DNA from: Asterionella formosa
Lineage: Eukaryota
NCBI GenBank assembly: GCA_002256025.1
Contig: NKIB01000251.1
Location: forward strand, 1 to 34,285
DNA: 34,285 bases
Direction of reading: 5' to 3'
Under the pieces are notes generated by a model. That model was not told the origin of the DNA and made no database searches. It saw only the letters and a list, made by a program, of their open reading frames with translations. This document shows, piece after piece, positions 10,424 through 21,420 of this stretch. The translations under genes were made by a program, and so were the position numbers. How positions within the stretch are numbered: position 1 is the stretch's first letter; every line of letters begins with the position of its first letter.

Positions 10424-10544
10424 AAATTGATATTGGGTTTGCTGAAAGATTACGTAAAGAATCAATTTTATATGAGGCGAGATAAATTGATATTGGGTTC
10501 GCTGAAAGGTTACGTAAAGAATCAATTTTTTATAAGGGGCGATA
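10424..10544. repeat. Imperfect 60-bp tandem duplication; looser copies near 10737 and 11157
   Basis: AAATTGATATTGGGTT(T/C)GCTGAAAG.TTACGTAAAGAATCAATTTT occurs at 10424 and 10484. Confidence 0.85.
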
Positions 10545-11882
10545 TTTTTTCGAAAACGTATTGTTATAACGAAGAAGAATTCACACATGTGTGAAAATTC
10601 GATTAGGATCCACCAAGCATTCAAGAACCGAAACAATCAGTTCGGTTAGGTTTGTGCTGACAATTCAAAAAGTGCATATGTATTGCTTGTTTTGTGGAAT
10701 AATCTATCATCAGTATAGAATGAAGTATAGAAACCGAAAATTGATTTGGGTCCGCTAAGATTTGAACAAAAAACTTTCGATTTGAATCTACTAGATCGAA
10801 AACTGCTTTGTAGTGTTGGATGATCTAAGAACATATGATGAAGGCCAATGATTCATATTGAAAGTGAGACTTTGCGTCTGTCTGCCGAGAGTTCAACTCA
10901 ATCAAACAATTCTTTTTATATCAAATAATTCAAAAAGTAAAAACATACTGTTTTATTTTTTTGGATAATTTCATCATCATGACGAAGCTTATTTATTTAT
11001 ATTGAATGTGAAATCGGTTGGGTCCACTGATAGCCACTTCAACTCGAAAAATGTAGCACGATTTGATGTGCATCAATTTGCTAAAATGAGGACCATATAA
11101 TTGTGATATTGGATAACTCTATAATCATAACAAAGAATAGTAAAAATCTGGAAAGAAAAATTATGTTTGGGTTTGCTGAGCAACAGATTATTAAAAATCA
11201 ATTTCTATTTGAGTTGAGTTTGACAGGTTTTGTTCGAAGAAGAGAAGTTTGCAATAATTTGCCGTCAAACATTGCAAGTGGTTCTGCTGAGTACCGGTAT
11301 AGCCAAGTTCTGTTGGCATAATGGAGGAAGCAAATATTTGTGATAGCTACAAGGAAATAATAAATGAAGTGCAAATCTTGGAAAACATTCTGAACTACTT
11401 AACTTGTTTAGATTGCTGTGCATTTGGACCTGTATCAATTACTCAATGACTTACCAAGCCTAATAAGCATTCACCAAGAGGATGATTAATGGGAGCAGCC
11501 ATCCAGTCATGCAGTAATGAAATGATGGAACAATGAGATGATGGTGCATAAGTGTGTTGATTGTGATGCATGTTTCAAAACTCTTTCTAACACACTTGAA
11601 CTCACGAAAAACTTATTCGTGTACACAACACAGGATTCCATGAATATATTTTGCCTTTGGTAGAATACAACTACGATCTAGTACCAGGCAGCTACCGGAC
11701 AATTGTCCGGGAGAACGCTGTGAAGGTGACTTTCGCTGTAACTTCAACCGAAAATCACTATGTATGTAGCTTCACCGTTTTCCTCTTGATTATGGGCAGT
11801 TTGATCATTTTCTCAAATACGCACGCACCGGACGATTGTGAACCTTATTGTGGCATTACAAGCAACAATGGGTGCGTTGTAT

Positions 11883-12340
11883 TACCGGTACCAGGTACCA
11901 GGTACCGGTACCTGGTACCAGTTTGTAGGACCTGTGACTCGATACCTGGTACCAGGTACCACATGGTGCACCTCGTACCGTTCCGTACAATACCATGTAT
12001 CCTACACCGTGGTACTTGGAGTGCCAGGGAAGAAAATTGTGAGCGATGAAGGAGAAATATATTAACCCGGTACCTGGTACCAGGTACTATGCTATCTAGC
12101 TGTACATAGAGTTTTCCTTAGCATAGGAAGAACCGTCTTTTTCCACAGGGTACCTGGTACCAGGAAACTAGGTGCATATTGTGCGGTTGTACGAGGATGG
12201 AAATAATTTATGTACCGGTATATAAAATATGTTTGTACCGGTATAATAATATAAGCAATGGTGCTCGTTCGATTTTGCAATTTCCCGAGGAGTACATCTG
12301 AACTTTCCGCTAAACACCTTTTGTTGTATTATACCGGTAA
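11883..12340. repeat. Dense array of palindromic TACCGGTA / GGTACC(A/T)GGTACC motifs upstream of the PTR gene
   Basis: For example TACCGGTACCAGGTACCAGGTACCGGTACCTGGTACCA at 11883-11920, with further copies up to ~12340. Confidence 0.85.
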
Positions 12341-12591
12341 TATCCAATGCATGGACCGCATCGCTCCGGAAGAGATTCGGTGGCTTTGCTCGCCTGTATG
12401 GCTGATCGTATACCACGTATGAACTTATTCATAAATCGAAACGCACTGCATTGTTTTGAATGAAACTGACTGTATTGATTGAACCAATAGAAAGCTGACG
12501 ACAATTCCCCTTCTGATTCTGCTACCGCCGAGAACACGACAACATTCTGAAGCCCTGCGATAATACGACCTGCCCGGACTCACGCATCGCC

Positions 12592-14487
12592 ATGGCGGAC
12601 CCGCAAATCAGAGAAGCCGCAAGGACGCTGATTGATCCTCAGAATCGAATCATCAATTACCAGCCTAAGGAAGACGAAGTCATTCCCTCCAATGTGTCCA
12701 CTGTAGACCAATTAGAACTTGTCCCAGATGAATTCAAGTCCACCAACAAGCACCGTCCGTTGAAGTTGAAAGATGATCGTGGCAAAGTCAGCCTATATTA
12801 CCTGAAACCCATGGCGAATTCCGTCATCTTTATCCTCATGGTGGAACTCTTAGAGCGATTTGCATTTTACGGCGTCAATTACACTCAAACCTCATTTCTC
12901 ACCGGTGCCTACAACAAACATTGGAACGCTGACATGTCGGCAGTCACAGCTTCTAGCTATGTCTCGATCAGCACTGCAATCGCCTACACAGCACCGTTTG
13001 GGGGAGCTATTCTAGCCGATAGCCTCATGGGAGAATATTGGACAATCATCTTCGGGACCTTGGTCTTCTACATTCCAGGCATTTTGTTGATCGCTCTGAC
13101 GACTGTTCCTTACTTGCTTGGACCAACCTTTAATCACACGGCACTCTGCACCGGACTCTTATTTTTATGGCCAATCGGAACAGGAATGGTCAAGGCAGTT
13201 GTTAATGTCTTTGGAGCGAAGCAGTTTCACCCGTTTCTGCAGTCATCGCTGATTGAATCATATTATGTTAGCTTCTATATGTGCATCAACATTGGAGCAT
13301 TAGCCGGAGGAATTATCGTTCCGATTATGGCGCAAAAAGATATTTCTGTGGCGTACATGGTTCCAGTCGGGATGCTCGCTTGTGGAATTTCGTGCTTCCT
13401 TTTTGGATCTCATCGATACGTTGTGGCGAAACCACGGGGTGACCTGCTCTCGACCACGGCAGAAGAACGAGCTTCGGGACTTTCCCTCTGGTCTGTGCTC
13501 AAAATGGTCATGCTCATTGTTCCCTTCTGCATAGCCTACTCACAAATGGCAACAACCTTTATTGTTCAAGGAACTGTCATGCAAAAAGCCTTTGGCTTTA
13601 TCGACGCTGCCAGTATGAACAACGCCGACGCTGTTGCCGTCTTGTTCTTTGGTTATTGGATTGGTGGAGTGCTCTATCCTACCTTGGCCAAATACAACAT
13701 CAAGATTCCCACAACATACAAATTTGCCCTGGGATCTGGTCTAGGATCGATTGCTATCTTATGGGCTGTTTTTGTGGAACGCAAGATTCATTCAACCTAC
13801 AACGCCACAGGCGGAAAGATTTCAGTTCTTTGGCAGACGTTGTCTTTTGCCTTGATTGGCATGGGGGAAATATTTGTCGTCTCAAGTGCATACGAAGCAG
13901 CCTTCAAGGCAGCACCACCGAGGAAGAAGGCGCTCGCGTCAGCGATAAACCTCTTTGCCGTCGGTGGCCTCCCAAATGTACTATGCATCTTTCTCTACAA
14001 TGTCTGCAGCGCTTGGTTTGAAAACGCCGAGGGCAAGGCAAACATTCGCTCCATTAAGAATTATACGGAAGCGCAGGTGGGAAAATACTTTTGGGTCCTG
14101 TTTGGAATATCTTTCTTAGGCGTTGTTGTGAATTTGTTGCCCGGCGTTAGGGACTGGGTTGCCAGGTTGGAAGAGTCGGCCGCTGAAGCTGTCAAGACCC
14201 CCTGTTCAACACCCCAGTTATCTACCAGGAAGAAGCAAAGAGAAGAAGGTGAATCATCGCCGCTGATTCGTACTCGGCAGGTCCAAAAGTATCTCGAATA
14301 CGGAGCAGTACCGATTCTGCACAAGTCGGGGAGTATGCGTGCTGCTCCCTTTTTGAAAGCGACGGACGAAACTAGCAAGCAGCGACAACTGAAAATGGTT
14401 CAAAAATTTCAACGACATCACTATGAACGACCTGTGGCGCCCAAAACGACAGAAAGGGCAAAAGATGACTCTAACCTAGATGTTTAA
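12592..14487 (+). CDS. Proton-dependent oligopeptide transporter (POT/PTR, SLC15/NPF family, MFS)
   Basis: 631-aa ORF with the ExxERFxxYG signature (ELLERFAFYG), GAILADSLMGEYWTI, GTGMVKAVVNVFGAKQF, FYMCINIGAL and GMGEIF; about 12 TM segments. Confidence 0.93.
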   Translation: MADPQIREAARTLIDPQNRIINYQPKEDEVIPSNVSTVDQLELVPDEFKSTNKHRPLKLKDDRGKVSLYYLKPMANSVIFILMVELLERFAFYGVNYTQTSFLTGAYNKHWNADMSAVTASSYVSISTAIAYTAPFGGAILADSLMGEYWTIIFGTLVFYIPGILLIALTTVPYLLGPTFNHTALCTGLLFLWPIGTGMVKAVVNVFGAKQFHPFLQSSLIESYYVSFYMCINIGALAGGIIVPIMAQKDISVAYMVPVGMLACGISCFLFGSHRYVVAKPRGDLLSTTAEERASGLSLWSVLKMVMLIVPFCIAYSQMATTFIVQGTVMQKAFGFIDAASMNNADAVAVLFFGYWIGGVLYPTLAKYNIKIPTTYKFALGSGLGSIAILWAVFVERKIHSTYNATGGKISVLWQTLSFALIGMGEIFVVSSAYEAAFKAAPPRKKALASAINLFAVGGLPNVLCIFLYNVCSAWFENAEGKANIRSIKNYTEAQVGKYFWVLFGISFLGVVVNLLPGVRDWVARLEESAAEAVKTPCSTPQLSTRKKQREEGESSPLIRTRQVQKYLEYGAVPILHKSGSMRAAPFLKATDETSKQRQLKMVQKFQRHHYERPVAPKTTERAKDDSNLDV

Positions 14488-14599
14488 GCATTCTTAAAAA
14501 TATTGTCGTTCTTTCATTTTGAAGCAGAACGTCGTCTCGCTTTGGAACCTAACGTCTTTACCAGCCCGCTATCGAGAAACATGAACTGGACAATCATTG

Positions 14600-15401
14600 A
14601 AGAATTGGTCCCATAGATAGTTTCGAGTCATGATTCAACTTGATGCAATTCTTCTTTGATAGTAGCCAGCTCAATTTTGAATAACCATACTTCGTCAACA
14701 TATGATGCGTACTGTTGTCGCCTTCTTCATCGATAAATGCTAATCATGACCACCGCTTTTCCTTGAGGACAACCGGCATGCAGCGTAGCTCGGCGGTCGT
14801 GCAAAATGTTTACGATCCATGTAGAAAACCCGAAGTTGATATCATGTATTGAATGCAAGAGGATCCAGCCGGTTAACTACAACAAGTATCCAATGCTTCA
14901 ATGATGACATCATGAGTTCAAAATAGCCAAGTGACTTCCCGATCACGTTTGCCGCCTTAATAGCAAGCGAATCTTGATAGGTATTGGTGGGACAACCACA
15001 ACAGTGGGCACGTCGCTAACTGCGTCATTACTAACTTCTGATAATGAAGCACAAAATCTTTGCAGAATGTCTTTTATGTTGTTTGACAGAGCAAAAGCGA
15101 AAGGTCCTGTAATGTCCTCAATGCTAAAATAAATTTCCTCGTCGAACTTGAGTATTCCTTGTGCCACCAAATGAGCCTTTCGTTCACTCATTATATGGCA
15201 AGTGAAGCTTTGATTTCCAAGGATTTGAATCTTTAATGAAATGAAGTAGCTGCTCCCTGGTGATTGTGCTGCTCGAGTCCCATGGATGAGAGGCTTATCA
15301 TCGTTGGTTGTAGTGCCGGGAATTGGAGGTGTGCGAGGTGCAACAACGCCAATTCTGGACTCTACAGGCAAGCAAATCGCCAACAACGTCAGTAGTACCA
15401 C
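14600..15401 (-). pseudogene. Possible decayed gene or short hypothetical ORF
   Basis: 152-codon ORF (14943-15401) with a hydrophobic start but no ATG at the track start. Gene-like composition continues downstream but with stops. No domain recognised. Confidence 0.25.
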
Positions 15402-15447
15402 TTCAATTGAGAATTAATGGAGGCTCGGAATACTGCCTGCTGTAAAC

Positions 15448-17520
15448 TGTTAAGAAATTATTTTAGGAGACATCCCGGTATACCAGTATACCGGTATATA
15501 TATATATATTGAATAAAATGATGAATCAAAAGATATCGAGGTCAGAATTCGAAAACAAACACAAATCACAAGTAAAACTCATAATTCTATAAAATAATTT
15601 AGGAATGATTTACAATCAATCTCAACCACACCGTTGTTCAAGAAACAACATCAGGTGGACTGTGGAGAGTCTGAAGACAAGAATTGAATTTACCGGACTA
15701 TTCAGAGTTTGAAGAAGTCACAGAAGGCGCAAAAATAGTGGCAAAGGAAGGTTTACAAAGAAGGCTCATGTCAAAGGCAAATCCACGCAAAAGGAGGGAG
15801 CAATATTGCATCTCATACCAGCAAGAAGTCTATTAATAAATTCAACTTCTACATCAGATTGGCAAAGCAGGCATCTGACTATGAAACCATGACATAGAAT
15901 GCACCTGATTAACTATATCAAGAAAGTGTTCAACTATGGCAATGACGTAGGAGCCATGCTTGAGTTACTAGACCAACGATCACACTGACATGGAAACCAA
16001 GAATGCAGGTGGGCTCTGCAACTACAGGTGAATATCATGATGCAGAGAATCGCCAATATGAAATCAAATTTAAGGCTGGTTATGATGCCTACAGCAAGAG
16101 GGGTCGTGGTGCAGACCTACAAAAATAATAAAACCAAGGCATATGTGTTGCTTGCTCTGGGAGAAATACAACAAGGCAATGAAAAATAAGATTGAGGCAA
16201 GACCTGATAATGACAAAATCAAGAATAACCCAGTCACATTACTCATTGCAATTAATGAACATGCACTAAGTTATTATTAGGAAAATTGATATTCAATGTT
16301 GATCATTTTAGATGCAATGAGGATGCTTTGACTACAAACCAGAGAGAAGGAGAGATTCTGCAAGATTATACAAAGAGATTTTGTGATATTGCAGGACATG
16401 TAATCCTAACCAAGTTTGTCAAAGCCATAGATGGATACAATAAGATGGATACCAAGCTGTGAGATAAATTTCGTGAACAGGCTTTCAGTCAATTCCTGGC
16501 CTACTTATACTTTTAAAATGTGCATAAGGCCGAATACCAATCAATTCTGACCTGGCTCGATATTCAACATTTGCTAGGCAATGATCTATACTCGAAGAGT
16601 ATCACCAAGGCAAGCAATGTTCTCAGTAATCATAGAAGCTGGCGGTCGTAAGAATCGAGGGGCTCATATTAAAGATAGGGATCCAAAGGATGCAGGGAAG
16701 GAAGACAAAGATATGAATTTGTCATTTGCCCAACTAGTTTGATTCAAAACAGTAGGAATGAATCTATACATATTCAAGCCTACCATATCTATAAAGGCTA
16801 TCTATATTACGCTTTGGGCATGCCATCGATTAACGATTTCAAGGCAATACTTCTTATGAATACTATTAATAACAACCCCGTGACTACCAATTATTTCAAA
16901 AGTACCGAGAAAATTTTCGGACCTGATATTGGCTGGTAGAGTAAACGGCAAGACAACTCGTCGCAAACTGCTGCGAGTTGTGGATGACTACATTGAGATT
17001 CCTGAGGAGCTTATTGAAGCCCAACGCGAAGTCACTCTTTGCATGGATGAAATGAAAGTGAATGGACAATCCTTTCTCACCATGATTTCCCAATACATTA
17101 TGTACAGGACAGTGCAATGGGTCAAGAATCAGATGGCAGACATCTACTGAGATGCTTTGACTCAGGTATTCCGTATTTACTATACCGGTGGATTTATAAT
17201 TACAAGGATCTAATGCAACAACAAGTCTTGTCTTTTGATAGAACCACTTGCCAACGAATTTCAAGTAACGATATTTCACGCCAACCCACAAAAATATCAA
17301 AGGTGCAGAGTCGGCTATCTTTCCAGGAGAATTTCACATGACATGTTCAAGACATCAAAATTATGTGATAGTACTGCAGGAGTTATTGAATGGCCAAAAG
17401 AATCTAAGGAGCAAACAAAAGACAAGATCATGTGAGGGCAAGATTGAAGATGCTGTTAAGGAAGAAATTCTCTACATAGATATCAATTGTTTAATAATAA
17501 TTCTAATGCTGTGTAGATAA
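15448..17520 (+). mobile_element. Decayed, internally deleted Ty1/copia (CoDi-like) LTR retrotransposon
   Basis: Broken gag-like peptides (KNNKTKAY, LQDYTKRF, FLAYLY, LGNDLYSKSITKASNVLSNH). Integrase N-terminal-like peptides (GMPSINDFKAILLMNTINNNPVT..EKIFGPDI, GKTTRRK, VTLCMDEMKVNGQSFLTMIS). Candidate 5' LTR TGTTAAG...AACA at 15448-15650; a second TGTTAAG at 17454. Confidence 0.8.
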
Positions 17521-17522
17521 CG

Positions 17523-17767
17523 TAATTACTTACCAACCCAGGATCATCCCAACAAATGTGGTGACTTTGGGTGCTGGTCCATGGGGATCTGTACCGGTTT
17601 TAATCGTCTGTATGATAGTACAACTGGAACCTGTCTTGTTCGCTTCTTTAATTCATTAGCCGCACCCCCGAAACCCTAGGGACTACATGAAAAAGAAAGG
17701 CCTGTGGAGAATGCAGGAATCTAACCCGCCACCTACCAAGGCTCGCTAACCAACGAAGCCATCCCCC
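17523..17767 (-). mobile_element. tRNA-headed SINE-like element, family B, with complete head
   Basis: Minus strand begins GGGGGAT GGCTTCGTTGGTTAGC...GCGGG TTAGATT CCTGC ATTCTCC A. The 7-bp acceptor stem and the T-arm can pair (tRNA-Ala-like), while the anticodon arm is degenerate. A ~170-bp body follows, shared with ~9500-9660. Confidence 0.72.
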
Positions 17768-17994
17768 TGGAACATCTTTGATCATATATAGCCATAATGG
17801 CGCCAGAGATGAACAACCCCTAGTAACAAGCACATGCTACTATAAAAACTGATCATCCAGGAATGTGCAGGCCACCAACTCATTTGCTCCTTCGCCACCA
17901 CCTGCTTGTACCTTACTATCTATTTGCATCCCTGCCTGCTGCTCTAAAGCAGCTTTCCCAATGTGTGGTATGTCAAAGTTGTTGTGGCTGTTTA

Positions 17995-18972
17995 AGGTTC
18001 CTGCATTTCAATCCTAAGGCAAAAATTTAAAAAATGCTTAGGGTTGCCGAAGTTCCCTGGAACTGGGAACATTTACATACTAAGTATGAATAACAATGAT
18101 TCCGTTTAAAATATTTAAATCAGCGGAAATATGCGCGTACATATACAGATTCTTTCTTGAATTTGCTAAATATATATACATTCTTCATCAATGCATGTAT
18201 ATATACTCTATACTCCGATCAACAACTATGTGTCCAATGACCCGGCGGCTCGGCAAATTTTTGAATGTGCATTTTATCACTGGTACGCACATGATCAAGG
18301 ATGATAATAAACACCCCAGAAAATGTTTCGTGTGTATCCTGTATGGCCAGCTTGGGTTTGCAAGACCTCTCAAGCCAGGCCAGCAATCAAATGGTAGTAA
18401 GTAATTCAATTTGACCAATAAAAATATTTATAGTGAAGAGGGCACGTACAGTAGAATTTTTGTACAGGAGATTGAAGGACGAAAAATTGAATCACAGGAC
18501 TCTTTGATGGCATTTCGGCGATTAGTGGTTCTGATTCCGATTTTTGAGACCGTTGAAAAGGCCATTTTTTTGTACAATGATTGCTCAACGTTAGCTGGAT
18601 CTGAAGGCGATTTAGCTACATAGGTAACCTTCAAAAAGCATCAGTTTATAGCTTCTAGAGAGAAACTGCAGAAAGGAACTTTGGTTTTTTAAATCCCAAA
18701 TAAAGTGATTTCCCCCAAATTTCTGGTCTTAATAGCATGGTTTAAAATACCCAATGTTCCTTTCTGCAGTTTCTCTCCAGATCCTATTTACTGACGTTAT
18801 ATAGAGTCGACACATACCCCTACTTTGATTAATGAAAGGGTGCATATTGGTGAAAGCTCCGTTTTGTGATATACATTTACATTTTACTTGTAAGAAGTCT
18901 GTGTTTGACTACTCTGACTTAACATTATTTATTTAATCCTACCTCTAATCTAGGGTTGAAATGCAGGAACCT
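17995..18972. mobile_element. Non-autonomous PIF/Harbinger-like (Tourist-type) MITE, 978 bp
   Basis: 22-bp TIRs AGGTTCCTGCATTTCAA(T/C)CCTA at 17995-18016 and 18951-18972 (21/22 match). Flanked by TTA on both sides (17992-17994 and 18973-18975). No transposase ORF. Confidence 0.78.
18641..18794. repeat. Long imperfect inverted repeat (arms of ~53 bp) inside the MITE
   Basis: GAGAGAAACTGCAGAAAGGAAC at ~18658-18679 is the exact reverse complement of GTTCCTTTCTGCAGTTTCTCTC at ~18756-18777; pairing extends imperfectly on both sides. Confidence 0.9.
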
Positions 18973-20044
18973 TTATTCTCCTCCAAGCAACGCTAACCTT
19001 CGGTATTTAGTATCGCTCATATGTTGGGATATACAAGTCCTAAGTATGGCTAGATGCAAATGCCAGAAACACTGGGTTGCCTTGCATAGGCCTGGTATTT
19101 CAATAAACTGTACTAACCCTACATTTTTTCACACCTAATATTGCTATCAAAATCCAGATCACCATGGCACTCACAATGTTGTTGCTTTTCTCTTGTTGTC
19201 GTTGCGCTCAGCAGCCCCTTCAAGGCCCGGTTATAGAATTGTCATTGTCTGTATGAGTAGGAACTTCTCCTTGAAGGGGCTGCCACACATTATGGCATTA
19301 GTTTTGACATGCTTCACATTTGTTGGCACCGACACCTGAATCTATGACTACACAAATTGCCAATACAATCAATCAATTATCAGTTAATGAATACCTTGTT
19401 TCACATCTTTTGCTCCTATTAATCATGTTATTGTATTAGTCTTTGTATTGTCTGTTTTGCAGCTACTGTGTAGTGTCAAATCTGCTCAAACCATAGTCAT
19501 TTTAAAAATTGTACATTTCTAAATTACATGAAAAATGCGTCATTGGCAACTTGAATAATTCTTTTATGATTGTACTGGCTGTCTATGTGTTGCTTGATAG
19601 ATGTACAAATAGGAAGGCGTCGTGTTCGTGGAGATAATCGCTTTTTCCGTCATGGGCAGTCAAGGCTGAGACGACATTCTTATGAAGAATTCTCCAGGCA
19701 CACACATACGTTTTCTGTATACCGGTATATCAAATCGCATTTTCTCAGCTAAATAGTTATGTACCGGTACCAGTTCGCACATGTACTACCTCCTACAGTA
19801 CTCCTCTAATCTTGAACAGCCTTATGTACCCCATGTGAGGCTTCCGGTCCCCCTAGATACATACCGGTATCCGCTTCGATGGGTTTGCTTATTCGTGGCA
19901 TGATTTTGAATAAGGTTTTATTAAGCTCTGAATTAATCAGACAAGTATTAGGAATTTCCTTCTCGCAAAACTCTGTTCATCGCTGAGATCCTTGTACACC
20001 TTATCTATAGGTGTCAGCACACTGATTCTCTTCCTTTTCATTCA

Positions 20045-20422
20045 ATGATGAATTCAGATGAAATCGAAGGATCCATTGCGACAGTGCAGAAGGCTTTGCA
20101 TCACCTTGATAATGAGCACGAAATGATCGAATCAACAGAATCAAGACTCTCAAATGTCCTTGCCCGTCTCAAACAAGAAGAAACACAACTTCAAGAGGCC
20201 CTCCAACTGGCGTCAGAAAGTGGAAGCGAACGATTAAAGCGCAGTAAAGCGGCGCGAGATAACGAAGCATTGCTGCGATTGGAAAAGGCGTGGCAAGTGG
20301 ATAGTAGCAGCGATGACGGTGGACCGGATCCTTCTGTGCTCTCCATGGGAGATTGGAATCCAGATGAACATGAAGTAACAGCGAATCGTGACGATAATGG
20401 CAATAAAAAGAAGAATATTTGA
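20045..20422 (+). CDS. Small hypothetical coiled-coil protein (125 aa)
   Basis: ATG-initiated, with gene-like GC and CpG content in AT-rich surroundings. Heptad-like E/L/Q-rich helix, acidic tail and terminal KKK. Confidence 0.55.
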   Translation: MMNSDEIEGSIATVQKALHHLDNEHEMIESTESRLSNVLARLKQEETQLQEALQLASESGSERLKRSKAARDNEALLRLEKAWQVDSSSDDGGPDPSVLSMGDWNPDEHEVTANRDDNGNKKKNI

Positions 20423-21420
20423 AGCTCAAGCTTTCATTTTGAAATATCAGAACTGATATTATGATTGAGGAGTAGACTGCAATCTTTTTTTAATCTACAA
20501 TCCCAACGAATTCATAAGAATGATACAGAATGTGTCATAAAGTGCGAAATGCTCAAATAGTTCCTCAGGTCTTCCGGTACTTGGATTCTGTGCGCTTGGG
20601 TCATTTAACTGATGACGAGAGCAGGATAATTCTATGCTTCGTTCTTCTACATTGATCATACTCTACTTGTTGCTGTAACGGTATTTTAGATCTTGGCTTT
20701 ATTGGCTGCCATTGCTATGATTGACTTTTGCACCTTGGGCCCCCCACCCCAGTTTTTACCCAACCCTTGTACCTGGCATACAGTGATGACAGCTTGCAAT
20801 TTCTTTGGCAATCAATTTATTCATTAATCACTGTATTATTAGAATCTCCTTAAGGAGATCAATCCCTGTATGCCAAGACAGTTACTTCAAATACGTTTGG
20901 AAGTAAAGAAATCAGCATGTTGCTATATATGTAGGCTACATACAATAAAACAATATCTCTCGGCTTTTTCTTCTAAATGTAAACAGTACATACACATATA
21001 AACGGTGTATACACTTCGTCAACCGACTTTGTATGACGACATAAGTAGGGGCTCACCATTATGCACGCAACAGACTTTTTCTATTAGACTTCATGATCGT
21101 ATATATTTCGATATATATTTCTTGCATATGTCTAATGTTACGTATAAGTGACCGAACACATACAAAGATATTAGTACCGGAGTACATATGTATCAAGGAA
21201 TAATTTAGCCTCCGCATCTGCCACCATTCATCATGATCACTTCAATCGCAACGACAGGACGACACGACATTATCTGAAACAAAACAGAGGAAGGAAATAC
21301 CGGTATATATGGATTCCTATTATGTCCGAGACGTGTAATAGACTATAGACTAATAGGCAATGGTGTTTCGGGTAGTCTAATAGCAGGAACCAGTGATTAT
21401 CATCATCCGTGTCTACCAAT

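Noticed and set aside
10424..10544. CRISPR-like repeat-spacer array
   Set aside because: Only two adjacent units, no unique spacers, no cas genes, and a eukaryotic context.
11651..12065. ORFs with repeated VPGT/YRY peptides
   Set aside because: Translation by-products of the GGTACCAGGTACC motif array.
17700..17767. Functional tRNA gene
   Set aside because: The anticodon arm and D-arm are degenerate, the T-loop reads TTAGATT, and the sequence continues into a repeated body; it is better explained as a SINE head.
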